A stretch of DNA of 64,000 bases. Origin: Synergistales bacterium. GTDB lineage: Bacteria > Synergistota > Synergistia > Synergistales > JAFGMB01. The stretch lies in contig OY762654.1 in assembly GCA_963666205.1 (NCBI GenBank), positions 640,001 through 704,000 on the forward strand, read 5' to 3'. The first letter of the stretch is position 1. Every line of letters begins with the position of its first letter. Made by a program: the position numbers and the translations under genes. This document shows positions 9,002-18,540 of the stretch, piece after piece. Under the pieces are notes generated by a model that was not told the DNA's origin, ran no database searches, and worked only from the letters and a program-made list of their open reading frames with translations.

Positions 9002-9840
9002 CACCTTTTTTCAAGGAATTTTATGGCATTTTCACCCAGGACCATTTCCTTCTGTAAATCAGTAAGGCCTGACTGTTCGAGTATTTTAACATATCTGTTA
9101 CTTTTTAGTATAGGGAAATCAGAACCATACAGGATCTTTTCTCCTATACCCGCACTGAATACCGAATCGAACATCCCCGATGTATAAAGCCATGGGGTTG
9201 CCGCGGTATCGTAGAATGTATTCTGAAGATACATTTTCATCTCCGGCATAAGCTCGTAAAGCCACAGGCCACCTCCCCAGTGAGCAAATATCACTTTTAC
9301 TTCCGGATGGTTAGTACTGAAGGCGGCTGCTTCTTTCGGCCCTACGTCACCCTTCCCCCCGTATTCATGACCCACAGGCTCTGCCGAATGGAACATAAGA
9401 AACATTTCAAGTTCATCGACTAGCCCAGCTATTTTCCATGTCTGACGCATATCAGTAAGGTTAAAACCCTGGCCCTGGGGGAAAAGCTCCCCTATCCCTA
9501 TAAAACCGGCCTCGGCGCATCTGCCTGCCTCTTCTTCCACTCCCCTGGAAATAGGGTTGACCACTCCCATACCCTTCAGCTTTCCAGGATATTGTCTGAC
9601 AGCTTCCATGACGTAGTCGTTACACTCCCGGCATAAGCCAATGTCATCAAAGGCGAATCCGAATATCCAGGACTGGTCAATGTTATCCTTCTCCATCTGT
9701 TCTATTACATCTTCTGCCGTTGCCCACTTATGGACATTATTGGTTACAAGGGTTCGGAAGTGATCCTCCCTTTCAGCTATCTTTTCCCAGTTCTTTATTA
9801 TTTCCGGGGGATATACATGTACATGACAATCTATGACCAT
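8998..9840 (-). CDS. Amidohydrolase_2 family metal-dependent hydrolase
   Basis: IDCHVH, GIGEL, FAHWGGG, YDTAA and LYGSDFP motifs. Confidence 0.88.
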   Translation of the reverse strand: MVIDCHVHVYPPEIIKNWEKIAEREDHFRTLVTNNVHKWATAEDVIEQMEKDNIDQSWIFGFAFDDIGLCRECNDYVMEAVRQYPGKLKGMGVVNPISRGVEEEAGRCAEAGFIGIGELFPQGQGFNLTDMRQTWKIAGLVDELEMFLMFHSAEPVGHEYGGKGDVGPKEAAAFSTNHPEVKVIFAHWGGGLWLYELMPEMKMYLQNTFYDTAATPWLYTSGMFDSVFSAGIGEKILYGSDFPILKSNRYVKILEQSGLTDLQKEMVLGENAIKFLEKRC

Positions 9841-9931
9841 CGAAGAGCCTCCAGATCTTTAAGTACAGATTTTACAAAACAACTTTTATTCTACTTCAGA
9901 TTTCTTTGAAATGGGAGAAAGGGAAATTGTC

Positions 9932-10636
9932 TTATTTTAATAACTGCTGTCTAAGCATCGTTACAAAATTGTGGGCAGCCCTTGCAGGTTCTGGAAGACG
10001 GTATTTTGTGCAGCAGGAAAGGACGATTTCAGGAGCCTGAACGATGGAAACCTTGTGACCGGGACTTATGTAAAGGGGACGAACGTTACTTCGGGTCCTG
10101 AGAACTGTGCCTATAATCTCTTCTCCATCATACAGGGGAACTCTGGCCCCCTTTTCGGATGGAACAGGTTCATGATTTCCCGTAAGACGGCTCTTGGCAA
10201 CACCCACCGTAGGCTGGTCGATGGTTACCCCGAAATGGGATGCGAGGCCAAGGCGTCTCGGATGGGCAATCCCTGCTCCATCTACAAGCCATATATCCGG
10301 CATGTTCTGTAATTTTTCACAGGCATCCATGAGAACAGGGAGTTCACGAAAGGAAAGCAGCCCCGGAATGTAGGGAAAGGATATGTCTTTTACTGCATAA
10401 ACCCTTTCCACCACATTCCAGGTTCCGTATTCCATGATAATTATACCGGCCACGGCCATGGTTTCTTTACCGATACGAGAGTAGGACACGTCGGTACCAG
10501 CGATAGATAATATCGAATGGATAGCAGATTGACTTAGATGGACGTTACAAGATTGTTTTTTTTGCTCTTCAATAGCCTCAATATAATAATCATTGATCTG
10601 CATCCAGCTATAATCTCCTCCATCAGAAATATTCAT
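9932..10636 (-). CDS. nfi: Endonuclease V (deoxyinosine 3' endonuclease)
   Basis: AGTDVSY, FPYIPGLLSFRE, VDGAGIAHPRRLGLASH, GVAKS, ISPGH, YRLPEP. Confidence 0.95.
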   Translation of the reverse strand: MNISDGGDYSWMQINDYYIEAIEEQKKQSCNVHLSQSAIHSILSIAGTDVSYSRIGKETMAVAGIIIMEYGTWNVVERVYAVKDISFPYIPGLLSFRELPVLMDACEKLQNMPDIWLVDGAGIAHPRRLGLASHFGVTIDQPTVGVAKSRLTGNHEPVPSEKGARVPLYDGEEIIGTVLRTRSNVRPLYISPGHKVSIVQAPEIVLSCCTKYRLPEPARAAHNFVTMLRQQLLK

Positions 10637-10738
10637 AAACTATCCCTGTCTATAGCGCTGATAGAAAAACAGAAAGGGGACCCAATAACACTCAGTCCCC
10701 TTTAGGTATGTAATTTAACTTAGTCGGATGGTGTAATC

Positions 10739-13408
10739 TTAATTCCGAACCCTCCAATAGACCTGAACAGTATCGGCGAAATCAGCAGATACATCACCTG
10801 AGTCCTCAGTTATACCGAACTCAATACCCAAGTCTTTGCTATAAACTGTACCATCTGTTTTAGGAATGTAAAGGACACCATCGGAACCAACGGTTGCCGC
10901 TACAAATTCCTCTCCAGGAAAATCAACATAATCACCATCTTCTCCCTCAGTAAGCTTAGTTGAAGCTCCGTTAACTTGTGAATCAAGAAGATCATCCATC
11001 TCTAAAGTATAGAGTCTGCTCAAGCCAATACCATCTTCTGCAGTGGTACTATAAACAGCTAAATAGAGAACACCATCTAAAAAGAGAGGTGTAGCGACTA
11101 GTTTTTCGAATTCATCAGCATTGGCTCCATTTCCCGTCTGAAGTTCAACTTCAAAAGAATCATCTATTTCAAAATTCCCTCCATCAATCCTGTCTTTTAC
11201 CATTGTAACGGTTTCTCCAGCCTGCCCCTGAGCAGATTGAAAAGCCAGGATCTTTGGCTCATAATCTTCCGCCATATAATCACCCAAGGCTGACTCCATA
11301 TCTAGAACAAATAAATTTGTAGTATCGTGGGGGTTACTGGCGTTAAAATCTATTTCTAAAACAGCAGCCATGTAAGTATGTGTCTCTATTCCACTCTCAC
11401 CCTGTTCATCAAAATAGGCAATGTCAAAATCCTGCAGAGGGGGAGCTGGATTTGTATTATGAGTTGAAATATTTGTTACAGTTGAAAAAAGTTTCCATGG
11501 ATCATTCCCTGCCTGAATATTCCACAAATAACAGGACCCATTAGAAAGATAAACATAAACATCACTTAATACAGGTAACCCTCCATATTGATTAGGCTCT
11601 TTGGGATAGGCAGCAAGCATTCGGGTAGGATCCCAATCCTCAGCACTCCATTCACCATTCAGGATATACCACAAAGTCTCATCATTCCCGGAATATTGAT
11701 CTGTAAACCGTTTATGCCCCTTAATATTACCTGTGAGCGGATCAAGATCATACCAGTGGTAATAATATGTTCCATAATCCTCATCATATTCCATGCCAAC
11801 AATAAGAGCATGCCAATCCAGGTTTCCCTTCTCTCCTGTCAGACCGATCAAAGGTCTGGCACAAACATAATCAAGGTAGAGATCACGAGGATTTGATGAT
11901 GAGAAATTTTCTGATTCTTTATCTCTATCCCAGAAAATATTAGTTTGTTCCCATAAAAAGATCGGGTTGTCTGGATCAGTTACGTCAAATGCATATATGG
12001 CAAAGTTTTTCCCAACTTGATGAGCAGGTTCCAGTTCTTCTTCTGCCGGAGCCAGATTATAATCCTGGAGTTCCTCTCTCCACCCAGAAAGAACCTTATT
12101 CTTCAAATGGATTCCCAGACCCGAAGTTCCGATGAGTATTCTTTTCCATTCTCCATCACTGCCATCTTCCTGGACATCATGAACAAATATGGGACCATCA
12201 AGGTTGGTCAATCTGGGATAATACCCAAGGATTGCATTAAGGTTTTCCTGGTAAGGTGCAGTCCTTAATGCAGGTTCAGGAATCACTGCCCAATTTCGTT
12301 TGACGTATGGATCTGTATCGGGATCATCTATGTCCAATTTGTTTAAAAGTCCATCATTGGTAGGAAGAAAAACTACAGGTTCATCTTCTGGCCAATCTTC
12401 TGGCAGTCCATCAGGATCAACAAATCGGGTTATCCAATAGTTTGTCTTCCAAACAAGCAGAGGAGGAGCATGGCCTGAGTCCGCAAGGATTTCCCCAGCT
12501 TTAAGAGAGGTATCCGTCCCCTCAAGAAATGTATACCAGTTGATCAACCAATCAGTATAGAATTCCTGGTTCGCATAAAATTCCTCTGGTTCTCCTTCAG
12601 GATCTTCTTCATCCTGAAAATAGAACCAGTTCTCCACATACTCCGGTGTAACGGATATATCTCTCAAGGTTGGTTTCATTCTGATACTTATAGATTCATT
12701 ATCTTTTATCTTAATAAGATTCTCGTTATCTGTATCAAAAAACCTCAATCCATATCCTGTGTTTCCCAGTTCGTGATCAACTGCCAGGGTTGGAAAGGCG
12801 GTCTCATCTTCTTTCCTTAATACGTTAAGATTCCCTCCCCAGGCGGACAAGGAATTAGAAGGCTTAATAAAGGAAACCGATGCAATAACGTTCCTTCCTA
12901 CACTGGTAAAGGAAAGAGGGGCGTTTGGTCTGTCTGATACTTCTGTCTGGTCTGGCCACAGGGGCCACATGGAAAGATCTGAAATAGCCGCATTCCCTTG
13001 ATCTGGTGAAACAACTATTTCAGTAATAGTTACAGAGATTGTAGCAGTGCTCATATGAGCACTGTGCTCGTTACCAACTCTTCCATTATCTTTCCGCCAA
13101 TCAGTTACGGTATATTGGAAAGAGTCGGTACCAGAATAACCTGTGTCTGGAGTATAAACAACATAGCTACCTTCTGCACTAGCTGAACCATGTGAAGGAT
13201 CTGAGCAATTAATAGCATAGAGTTCATCACCGTCAACATCTGTATCGTTACCAAGAACTGCGATAGAAACAGAATTATTCTCATAGGTTGTTGCAGTATC
13301 ATCCTGTGCAACTGGTGCAACATTTGCAGTAGAAATACCAGAAAGGGAAAAAAGCAGTGCTCCTAAAATGATGAATAAAGAGAACAGTAACTTCAGACAA
13401 TTTCGCAC
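10739..13408 (-). CDS. Second PilY1-like adhesin with N-terminal Ig-like (Big_9/cadherin-like) domain
   Basis: Signal peptide; NVAPVAQDD..VLGNDTDVDGD..DSFQYTV repeat-type domain; NDG, DGPIFVHDV, YAFDVTDPDNP.FLWE, ATPLFLDG propeller motifs; terminal YWR. Confidence 0.75.
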   Translation of the reverse strand: MRNCLKLLFSLFIILGALLFSLSGISTANVAPVAQDDTATTYENNSVSIAVLGNDTDVDGDELYAINCSDPSHGSASAEGSYVVYTPDTGYSGTDSFQYTVTDWRKDNGRVGNEHSAHMSTATISVTITEIVVSPDQGNAAISDLSMWPLWPDQTEVSDRPNAPLSFTSVGRNVIASVSFIKPSNSLSAWGGNLNVLRKEDETAFPTLAVDHELGNTGYGLRFFDTDNENLIKIKDNESISIRMKPTLRDISVTPEYVENWFYFQDEEDPEGEPEEFYANQEFYTDWLINWYTFLEGTDTSLKAGEILADSGHAPPLLVWKTNYWITRFVDPDGLPEDWPEDEPVVFLPTNDGLLNKLDIDDPDTDPYVKRNWAVIPEPALRTAPYQENLNAILGYYPRLTNLDGPIFVHDVQEDGSDGEWKRILIGTSGLGIHLKNKVLSGWREELQDYNLAPAEEELEPAHQVGKNFAIYAFDVTDPDNPIFLWEQTNIFWDRDKESENFSSSNPRDLYLDYVCARPLIGLTGEKGNLDWHALIVGMEYDEDYGTYYYHWYDLDPLTGNIKGHKRFTDQYSGNDETLWYILNGEWSAEDWDPTRMLAAYPKEPNQYGGLPVLSDVYVYLSNGSCYLWNIQAGNDPWKLFSTVTNISTHNTNPAPPLQDFDIAYFDEQGESGIETHTYMAAVLEIDFNASNPHDTTNLFVLDMESALGDYMAEDYEPKILAFQSAQGQAGETVTMVKDRIDGGNFEIDDSFEVELQTGNGANADEFEKLVATPLFLDGVLYLAVYSTTAEDGIGLSRLYTLEMDDLLDSQVNGASTKLTEGEDGDYVDFPGEEFVAATVGSDGVLYIPKTDGTVYSKDLGIEFGITEDSGDVSADFADTVQVYWRVRN

Positions 13409-13424
13409 ATTTAAACAAAGATTA

Positions 13425-14039
13425 TTAATGAATCATCACCACCATGGATTCGAGCTCGAAGCTCTTAGATCCATCCTTCGTTGACGCTGTAGAGCGAATG
13501 ACAAAAGGATGATATTTCAAACCAACACTTCCGCTGAAAGTCATTACACGGTTCGGATCTATTATCATGGAATAACCCCTTGGAACATCTATAGTGCCTC
13601 CACCATCCTCACTGGCATCATACGGTAACCGGATTATGGGGAGATCACTGTTGTAGGTCTGACCTAAACCCATCTTATAATTACAATCAAGGATATCAAC
13701 TGTCAGTTCTAGGTTTTGAGAGTCATAAATAGAAGTATCGGGTATACTGTCAATATTGCTGGCAACCAAATCAGGCTGGATCTTTGCCCTTATATCATCA
13801 AGGTCCCCATTGTAAGTCTGCAACCCCACATACAAATCTTCACGCTCCTCATATAATCGAATTTTTCCCCATTCAATTCCGCTCTGGGCTGCGTCGTAGA
13901 GTTTCTGGTGATCTATGGTAGCCTGGGAGGAACCAACATAGTTTGTTGTCATGTCCATTATCACTGCACTGATACCAATAATAACAACCATCAGAATAAG
14001 CACCATTCCAAGGGCAAAACCTTTTTGTTTTCGCATCAT
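13425..14039 (-). CDS. pilX: Second PilX-like minor pilin
   Basis: G|FALGMV without Glu5, AAQSGIEWG and FVIRSTA parallel the first PilX; GAGGTG RBS before ATG 14039. Confidence 0.78.
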   Translation of the reverse strand: MMRKQKGFALGMVLILMVVIIGISAVIMDMTTNYVGSSQATIDHQKLYDAAQSGIEWGKIRLYEEREDLYVGLQTYNGDLDDIRAKIQPDLVASNIDSIPDTSIYDSQNLELTVDILDCNYKMGLGQTYNSDLPIIRLPYDASEDGGGTIDVPRGYSMIIDPNRVMTFSGSVGLKYHPFVIRSTASTKDGSKSFELESMVVMIH

Positions 14040-14181
14040 ATAATCACCTCGAATAATGAGTATAAAGAACAAATGAAGATTCCTGACAATCTTCAGTTAT
14101 ATAACTTTCACACATACAATAGACCATAGACTACGGTATTTTTTTTCAAAGTCCTTGATTTATTAAAAAATTAAAACCCAT

Positions 14182-14460
14182 TGACCTGCTCCCCGAAAAG
14201 TGGTCCAGTCGAAATGCGAAAAAGTTGTTAAAATTGGACCCATTGGGGAGGAAATGACATGAAGAAAAAAGATTTTCCGAGGAACAGATCATATCCATAC
14301 TGAAAGAGAACGAGGCTGGAATCCCGATCAGGGAACTAGCCAGGAAATACGGTTTTTGCGAACAGACCTTCTATAGATGGAAAAGCAAGTTCGGAGGCAT
14401 GGAGGTAAGCGAAGCCAGGAAACTCACATTGAAAATGGACCTAATACAGGAGGCAGGTCA
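14182..14460 (+). mobile_element. 279-bp internally deleted IS3-family element (MITE-like)
   Basis: Terminal IRs TGACCTGC...GCAGGTCA, each with an internal GGTCCA; 4-bp CCAT target duplication; frameshifted orfA remnant (FSEEQIISILKENEAG..ELARKYG..EQTFYRWKSKFGGMEVSEARKL); no orfB. Confidence 0.9.
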
Positions 14461-14600
14461 CCATTAGTATCTTAATCGTAAAAAGAAATATTATATAGTC
14501 CTTTATTACTATGTCGAGGAAATTGGCCTATTTCTACATTTCTAAGGCCCATTACACTTGCCATTTGAATCAAAAGTTTATGAGAAAAGGATTGATAACA

Positions 14601-14626
14601 GAAAAACCCTTCGGTTGCCCAAAGGG
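14601..14626 (-). terminator. Intrinsic terminator, likely the riboswitch expression platform
   Basis: CCCTTTGG-GCAA-CCGAAGGG followed by TTTTT just 3' of the aptamer. Confidence 0.8.
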
Positions 14627-14643
14627 AAGTATAGACCCAATAA

Positions 14644-14720
14644 GCAGCCCGGCTGTCATAGTTAAAACACTTTAGACCCGCAGCTTTGCGTCACCACCTT
14701 TCGATGGTTTTGCCTATATA
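14644..14720 (-). ncRNA. c-di-GMP-I (GEMM) riboswitch aptamer
   Basis: GGCAAAACCATC-GAAA-GGTGGTGACGCAAAGC..GGGTCTAAA..ATGACAGCCGGGCTGC fits the GEMM-I consensus with GNRA loop and receptor. Confidence 0.88.
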
Positions 14721-14733
14721 ATTATACAATGTA

Positions 14734-14761
14734 ACTCTAGGGCTTTAAGGGGGTTTGTCAA
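14734..14761 (-). promoter_or_regulatory. Putative promoter of the riboswitch leader
   Basis: TTGACA-16 bp-TAGAGT; a TATAAT also lies at 14721-14726. Confidence 0.55.
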
Positions 14762-14864
14762 TCACACTTTAGCAGTGTGAATATTCACTTTAAGGATGCA
14801 GAATCAACATAGAGAAATCGGGGGGAATTTTAAAAAAGGAAAGATAACTGGTCTGTATAAATTC

Positions 14865-14900
14865 AAAAAAAAAAGGGGGTGGCTTTAAGCCACCCCCTTT
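14865..14900 (-). terminator. Terminator after rplL
   Basis: GGGGGTGGC-TTAAA-GCCACCCCC followed by a T run. Confidence 0.85.
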
Positions 14901-14917
14901 CATAAGCAATGAAAGAA

Positions 14918-15295
14918 CTACTTGAGCTCGACTTCTGCTCCAACTTCTTCGAGTTTCTTCTTGAGCTCTTCAGCCTCTTCCTTGGAGACACCCTCTTTAA
15001 TGGGCTTGGGAGGATTGTCGACAAGCTCTTTGGCTTCCTTGAGTCCAAGGCCTGTAAGCTCACGTACAACCTTAATGGTTGCGATCTTGTTTGATCCAAC
15101 GGTCTTGTAGATTACGTCAAACTCGGTCTGCTCTTCTTCAACAGCTGCAGCGCCAGGCATGGCACCCATCATGGGCATGGCAGCCATAGGGGCAGCAGCG
15201 GAAACACCAAATCTGTCCTCAAGTTCCTTAACGAGCTCGGAAAGCTCAAGAACTGACATTTCTTCAATTGCCTTGATAAGATCTTCACGGTTCAT
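14918..15295 (-). CDS. rplL: 50S ribosomal protein L7/L12
   Basis: [29 protein letters not shown]. Confidence 0.98.
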   Translation of the reverse strand: MNREDLIKAIEEMSVLELSELVKELEDRFGVSAAAPMAAMPMMGAMPGAAAVEEEQTEFDVIYKTVGSNKIATIKVVRELTGLGLKEAKELVDNPPKPIKEGVSKEEAEELKKKLEEVGAEVELK

Positions 15296-15397
15296 AATAT
15301 TTGTTTCCTCCTTAAGAAATCTTTCTTGGGTAATTTTGTATTTTCATATTGAAATCAGGCTGCGTAGAAAAGATATAGTTTTAAATATCCTTTATTC

Positions 15398-15931
15398 TCA
15401 AGCAGCGTCCTTTTCTTTCTTTTCCTTAAGCTGAGAGAGGCACGTAACAAGTCCCCTCTGGGGGCCGGAAAGAACTGTAACGAGTCCACGAAGAGGAGCC
15501 GCAATGGTACCGACAACCTGTGCAATAAGCTGGTCTCTGGATGGAAGTTCTGCCAGGGCATTTACCTCATCGGCATTAAGAACTTTCTTTCCAAGGATTC
15601 CGCCTTTCACTACAAGGGCCTTGTTCGTTTTTACCTTTGCAAAGTCTTCAAGAGCCTTTGCTACAGCTACAGGATCCTGGTAGGCAACTGTATAGACATT
15701 GGGACCAAGTGTAATTTCCTCTGGAACTGGAAGACCTTCTTCCTGAAGGGCCAGTCTCATAAGGGTGTTCTTGGAAACCTTCATTTCGCCGCCGGCTTCC
15801 CTGACCTTGGCACGGACCTCGGTTATCTGGGCAACAGTAAGTCCCCTGTATTCGCAGATAAATACTGCTTCAGTTCTACCTAACATTTCGCGAAGTTTCT
15901 GTACCTGTTCTATTTTATATTTTGCAGGCAT
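15398..15931 (-). CDS. rplJ: 50S ribosomal protein L10
   Basis: EYRGLTV, VSKNTL, LAELPSR; synteny. Confidence 0.97.
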   Translation of the reverse strand: MPAKYKIEQVQKLREMLGRTEAVFICEYRGLTVAQITEVRAKVREAGGEMKVSKNTLMRLALQEEGLPVPEEITLGPNVYTVAYQDPVAVAKALEDFAKVKTNKALVVKGGILGKKVLNADEVNALAELPSRDQLIAQVVGTIAAPLRGLVTVLSGPQRGLVTCLSQLKEKKEKDAA

Positions 15932-15954
15932 TCGCTCACCTCCCTCCTGTAAAA

Positions 15955-16085
15955 AAATCTCCCGGGTCCACCAGGACCCGGGAGATCAGAAATCAATGAT
16001 CGTCAGAGGACACTACTCCTCTGACCGGGAACCTCGGTGGGTTGTATATATTAAGTGCTGGTGCACACCCGCTGTCTTCAGTTCA
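15955..16085 (-). promoter_or_regulatory. L10 leader with attenuator hairpin
   Basis: GAAGACAGCGGG..TTAAT..CCCACCGAGG pattern, then CTCCCGGGTCC/GGACCCGGGAG hairpin plus T run before rplJ. Confidence 0.7.
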
Positions 16086-16150
16086 GTTAATATTTATTAA
16101 ATTGTCAATTTGTAGAGGGTGCTTTCTTCCTCCGGCAAAAAATGCCAGGA

Positions 16151-16858
16151 TCAGTCAACTATCTCTTTCTGCGCCACATTGGTATCGACCTTGATACCCA
16201 CACCCATGGTGGGGGCAATGGCTATGCTCTTGATATATGTACCCTTTACAGCTGCCGGCCTGGACTTCACTATAGCAGCAAGCAGGGTTTTTGCATTTTC
16301 AAAAAGCTGATCATTAGTGAAACTCTTTTTACCAACTGAATTATGAATAATGGCAAATTTGTCAACCCGGTATTCAACTTTACCAGCCTTGATTTCCTCT
16401 ACGGCATGGGCAACATCAAAGGTAACAGTTCCGGTCTTTGCACTGGGCATAAGGCCCCGGGGACCAAGGACTTTTCCAAGACGACCAACGACCTTCATCA
16501 TATCAGGCGTTGCTATGACTGAATCAAAATCAAGCCAACCTCCGCTGATCTTCTGGACCATGTCTTCTCCGCCAACGAAATCGGCCCCTGCTTCCTGGGC
16601 TTCCTTCATCTTCTCACCAGCCGCGATCACAAGTACCTTTTTAGTGATACCAGTACCATGTGGAAGTACTACTGTGCTGCGGACCTGCTGATCGGCATGC
16701 CTGGGATCAACTCCAAGGCGAACATGTACTTCAAGGCTTTCGTCAAACTTTGCAGTTGCAACATCCTTGAAAAGTTCAATGGCTTCCCTAAGTCCATAAA
16801 GCTTGTTTGAATCCACTTTTTCTACTGCTTCTTTGTATCTCTTACTCCGTTTTGTCAT
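16151..16858 (-). CDS. rplA: 50S ribosomal protein L1
   Basis: [27 protein letters not shown]. Confidence 0.98.
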   Translation of the reverse strand: MTKRSKRYKEAVEKVDSNKLYGLREAIELFKDVATAKFDESLEVHVRLGVDPRHADQQVRSTVVLPHGTGITKKVLVIAAGEKMKEAQEAGADFVGGEDMVQKISGGWLDFDSVIATPDMMKVVGRLGKVLGPRGLMPSAKTGTVTFDVAHAVEEIKAGKVEYRVDKFAIIHNSVGKKSFTNDQLFENAKTLLAAIVKSRPAAVKGTYIKSIAIAPTMGVGIKVDTNVAQKEIVD

Positions 16859-16873
16859 GAGTTTTTCCTCCTC

Positions 16874-16902
16874 GTGGTACCAACGGGCTTTCGCCCTCCC
16901 AC
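16874..16902 (-). promoter_or_regulatory. L1 autoregulatory mRNA site
   Basis: GTGGGAG-GGC GAAA GCC-..TACCAC hairpin with internal loop immediately 5' of the rplA RBS. Confidence 0.6.
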
Positions 16903-16920
16903 AGATAGTTCAAAGAACCT

Positions 16921-17346
16921 TCAGTCGACTATTTCGATGCCCATGGAACGGGCGGTTCCCTCGATCATCCTCATGGCTGCTTCTGTATCGTTGGCATTCA
17001 GGTCCTCTTTCTTGATCTCGGCGATCTCACGAACCTTGTCCCTTTTGATCTTGGCAACCTTGACCTTGTTAGGCTCCCCTGATGCACTCTCGAGACCAGC
17101 TGCCTTTTTAAGCAGGACGGCTGCTGGCGGGGTTTTGGTGATGAAAGAAAAACTTCTGTCAGCATATACTGTCAGAACTGCGGGAATTATCATCCCTGGC
17201 TGATCAGAAGTCTTGGCATTGAACTGCTTACAGAATTCCATAATGTTGACACCGTGCTGACCAAGTGCCGGCCCGACCGGAGGTGCCGGTGTTGCCTTAC
17301 CTGCAGGCAACTGAAGCTTGATCTGCGCAATAACTTTTTTGGCCAT
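16921..17346 (-). CDS. rplK: 50S ribosomal protein L11
   Basis: [26 protein letters not shown]. Confidence 0.98.
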   Translation of the reverse strand: MAKKVIAQIKLQLPAGKATPAPPVGPALGQHGVNIMEFCKQFNAKTSDQPGMIIPAVLTVYADRSFSFITKTPPAAVLLKKAAGLESASGEPNKVKVAKIKRDKVREIAEIKKEDLNANDTEAAMRMIEGTARSMGIEIVD

Positions 17347-17415
17347 TATCCTTTATCTCCTCTCGTAACTGCTGATACAAATTACATAAGCCCTTTTACA
17401 GGGCTGAATTTTATA

Positions 17416-17958
17416 CTAAAGCTTTTCCAACTCTGTATAATCTATTTCAACGAGTGTTTCTCTACCGAAAACGGTTACGGAGAACTTGATCTTTCCTTTT
17501 TCAGCATTGATCTCCGCTACAGGGCCAACCTGTCCATCAAAGGGGCCACTCTTGACTTTAACGATGTCACCAGGCTTGAGATTGATCTCAAATTTCGGCT
17601 TGGCATGATCCTGGCCTATCTTGTTCATTATTTCCTTGACTTCTCTTTCGCTCAGTGGGATAGGATGATTGCCCGCTCCCACGAAACCTGTCACACCGGG
17701 AGTATGACGGACCACATACCAGGACTGATCGGCAAGGCACATCTCAACGAGCACATAACTTGGGAAAAGCTTCCTTGTCACATGCTTGCTTTTACCATCC
17801 TTGACAAAAAGCTTATCTTCCAGCGGAACGAGCACATCAAAGATCTGATCTTCCATGCCCATTGTGGCTATCCTCTGCTCAAGATTGGCTTTTACTCTAT
17901 TCTCATATCCTGCATATGTCTGTACAATGTACCAACGTCGCTCAGAACTTGATTCCAT
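17416..17958 (-). CDS. nusG: Transcription factor NusG
   Basis: WYIVQTYAGYE, FPSYVLVEM, TPGVTGFVG, KOW domain, FGRET. Confidence 0.97.
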   Translation of the reverse strand: MESSSERRWYIVQTYAGYENRVKANLEQRIATMGMEDQIFDVLVPLEDKLFVKDGKSKHVTRKLFPSYVLVEMCLADQSWYVVRHTPGVTGFVGAGNHPIPLSEREVKEIMNKIGQDHAKPKFEINLKPGDIVKVKSGPFDGQVGPVAEINAEKGKIKFSVTVFGRETLVEIDYTELEKL

Positions 17959-18048
17959 GCTTAAAAGGGGACCCGACTTGCGGCCCCCTCACCTCCCCCG
18001 CCAATAAAGTGGACTGTATGTTCATCTGAAAATACAATCTGGCAGTTG

Positions 18049-18228
18049 CTAGATCAACTTGGCGAATACCCCGGTGAGGGCTATATCAACTAAACCAAGA
18101 TAGGCCGCCACGAAAAGGGTAAAAGCTATAACAACCAGAGTCGAATACCAAACCTGCTGTCGGCCTGGCCATGTAACTTTTTTTAATTCAGCTCTTGCTT
18201 CTCTGATGAAGCTGAAGATCTTTCCCAA
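18049..18228 (-). CDS. secE: Preprotein translocase SecE (not in ORF track)
   Basis: TTG start with AGGAGG RBS; MGKIFSFIREARAELKKVTWPGRQQVWYST...LI*. Confidence 0.95.
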   Translation of the reverse strand: MGKIFSFIREARAELKKVTWPGRQQVWYSTLVVIAFTLFVAAYLGLVDIALTGVFAKLI

Positions 18229-18273
18229 ACTTTGCGGCCTCCTATTCTATTACATTAACTTTAAAAATAATTA

Positions 18274-18349
18274 TGGCAGGCCCGGCAGGACTTGAACCTG
18301 CAACCCCCGGTTTTGGAGACCAGTGCTCTGCCAATTGAGCTACGGACCT
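18274..18349 (-). tRNA. tRNA-Trp(CCA)
   Basis: Cloverleaf, anticodon CCA; usual position before secE. Confidence 0.97.
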
Positions 18350-18370
18350 GCGAGCAGAGTACATTCTACA

Positions 18371-18520
18371 CTACTTGGTTTCTTTATGCAAGGTATGTTT
18401 CTTGCAGAATTTACAGTACTTGCTCAATTCAAGTTTACCCTTCATGTTCTTTTTGTTAACTGAGGTTACATAATTCCTGCGTTTACACTCTGTGCACTGC
18501 AGGCCGATATTATCTGCCAT
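18371..18520 (-). CDS. rpmG: 50S ribosomal protein L33, zinc-ribbon type (not in ORF track)
   Basis: [17 protein letters not shown]...[20 protein letters not shown]. Confidence 0.96.
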   Translation of the reverse strand: MADNIGLQCTECKRRNYVTSVNKKNMKGKLELSKYCKFCKKHTLHKETK

Positions 18521-18540
18521 AACTTTTCACTCCAAACGTT

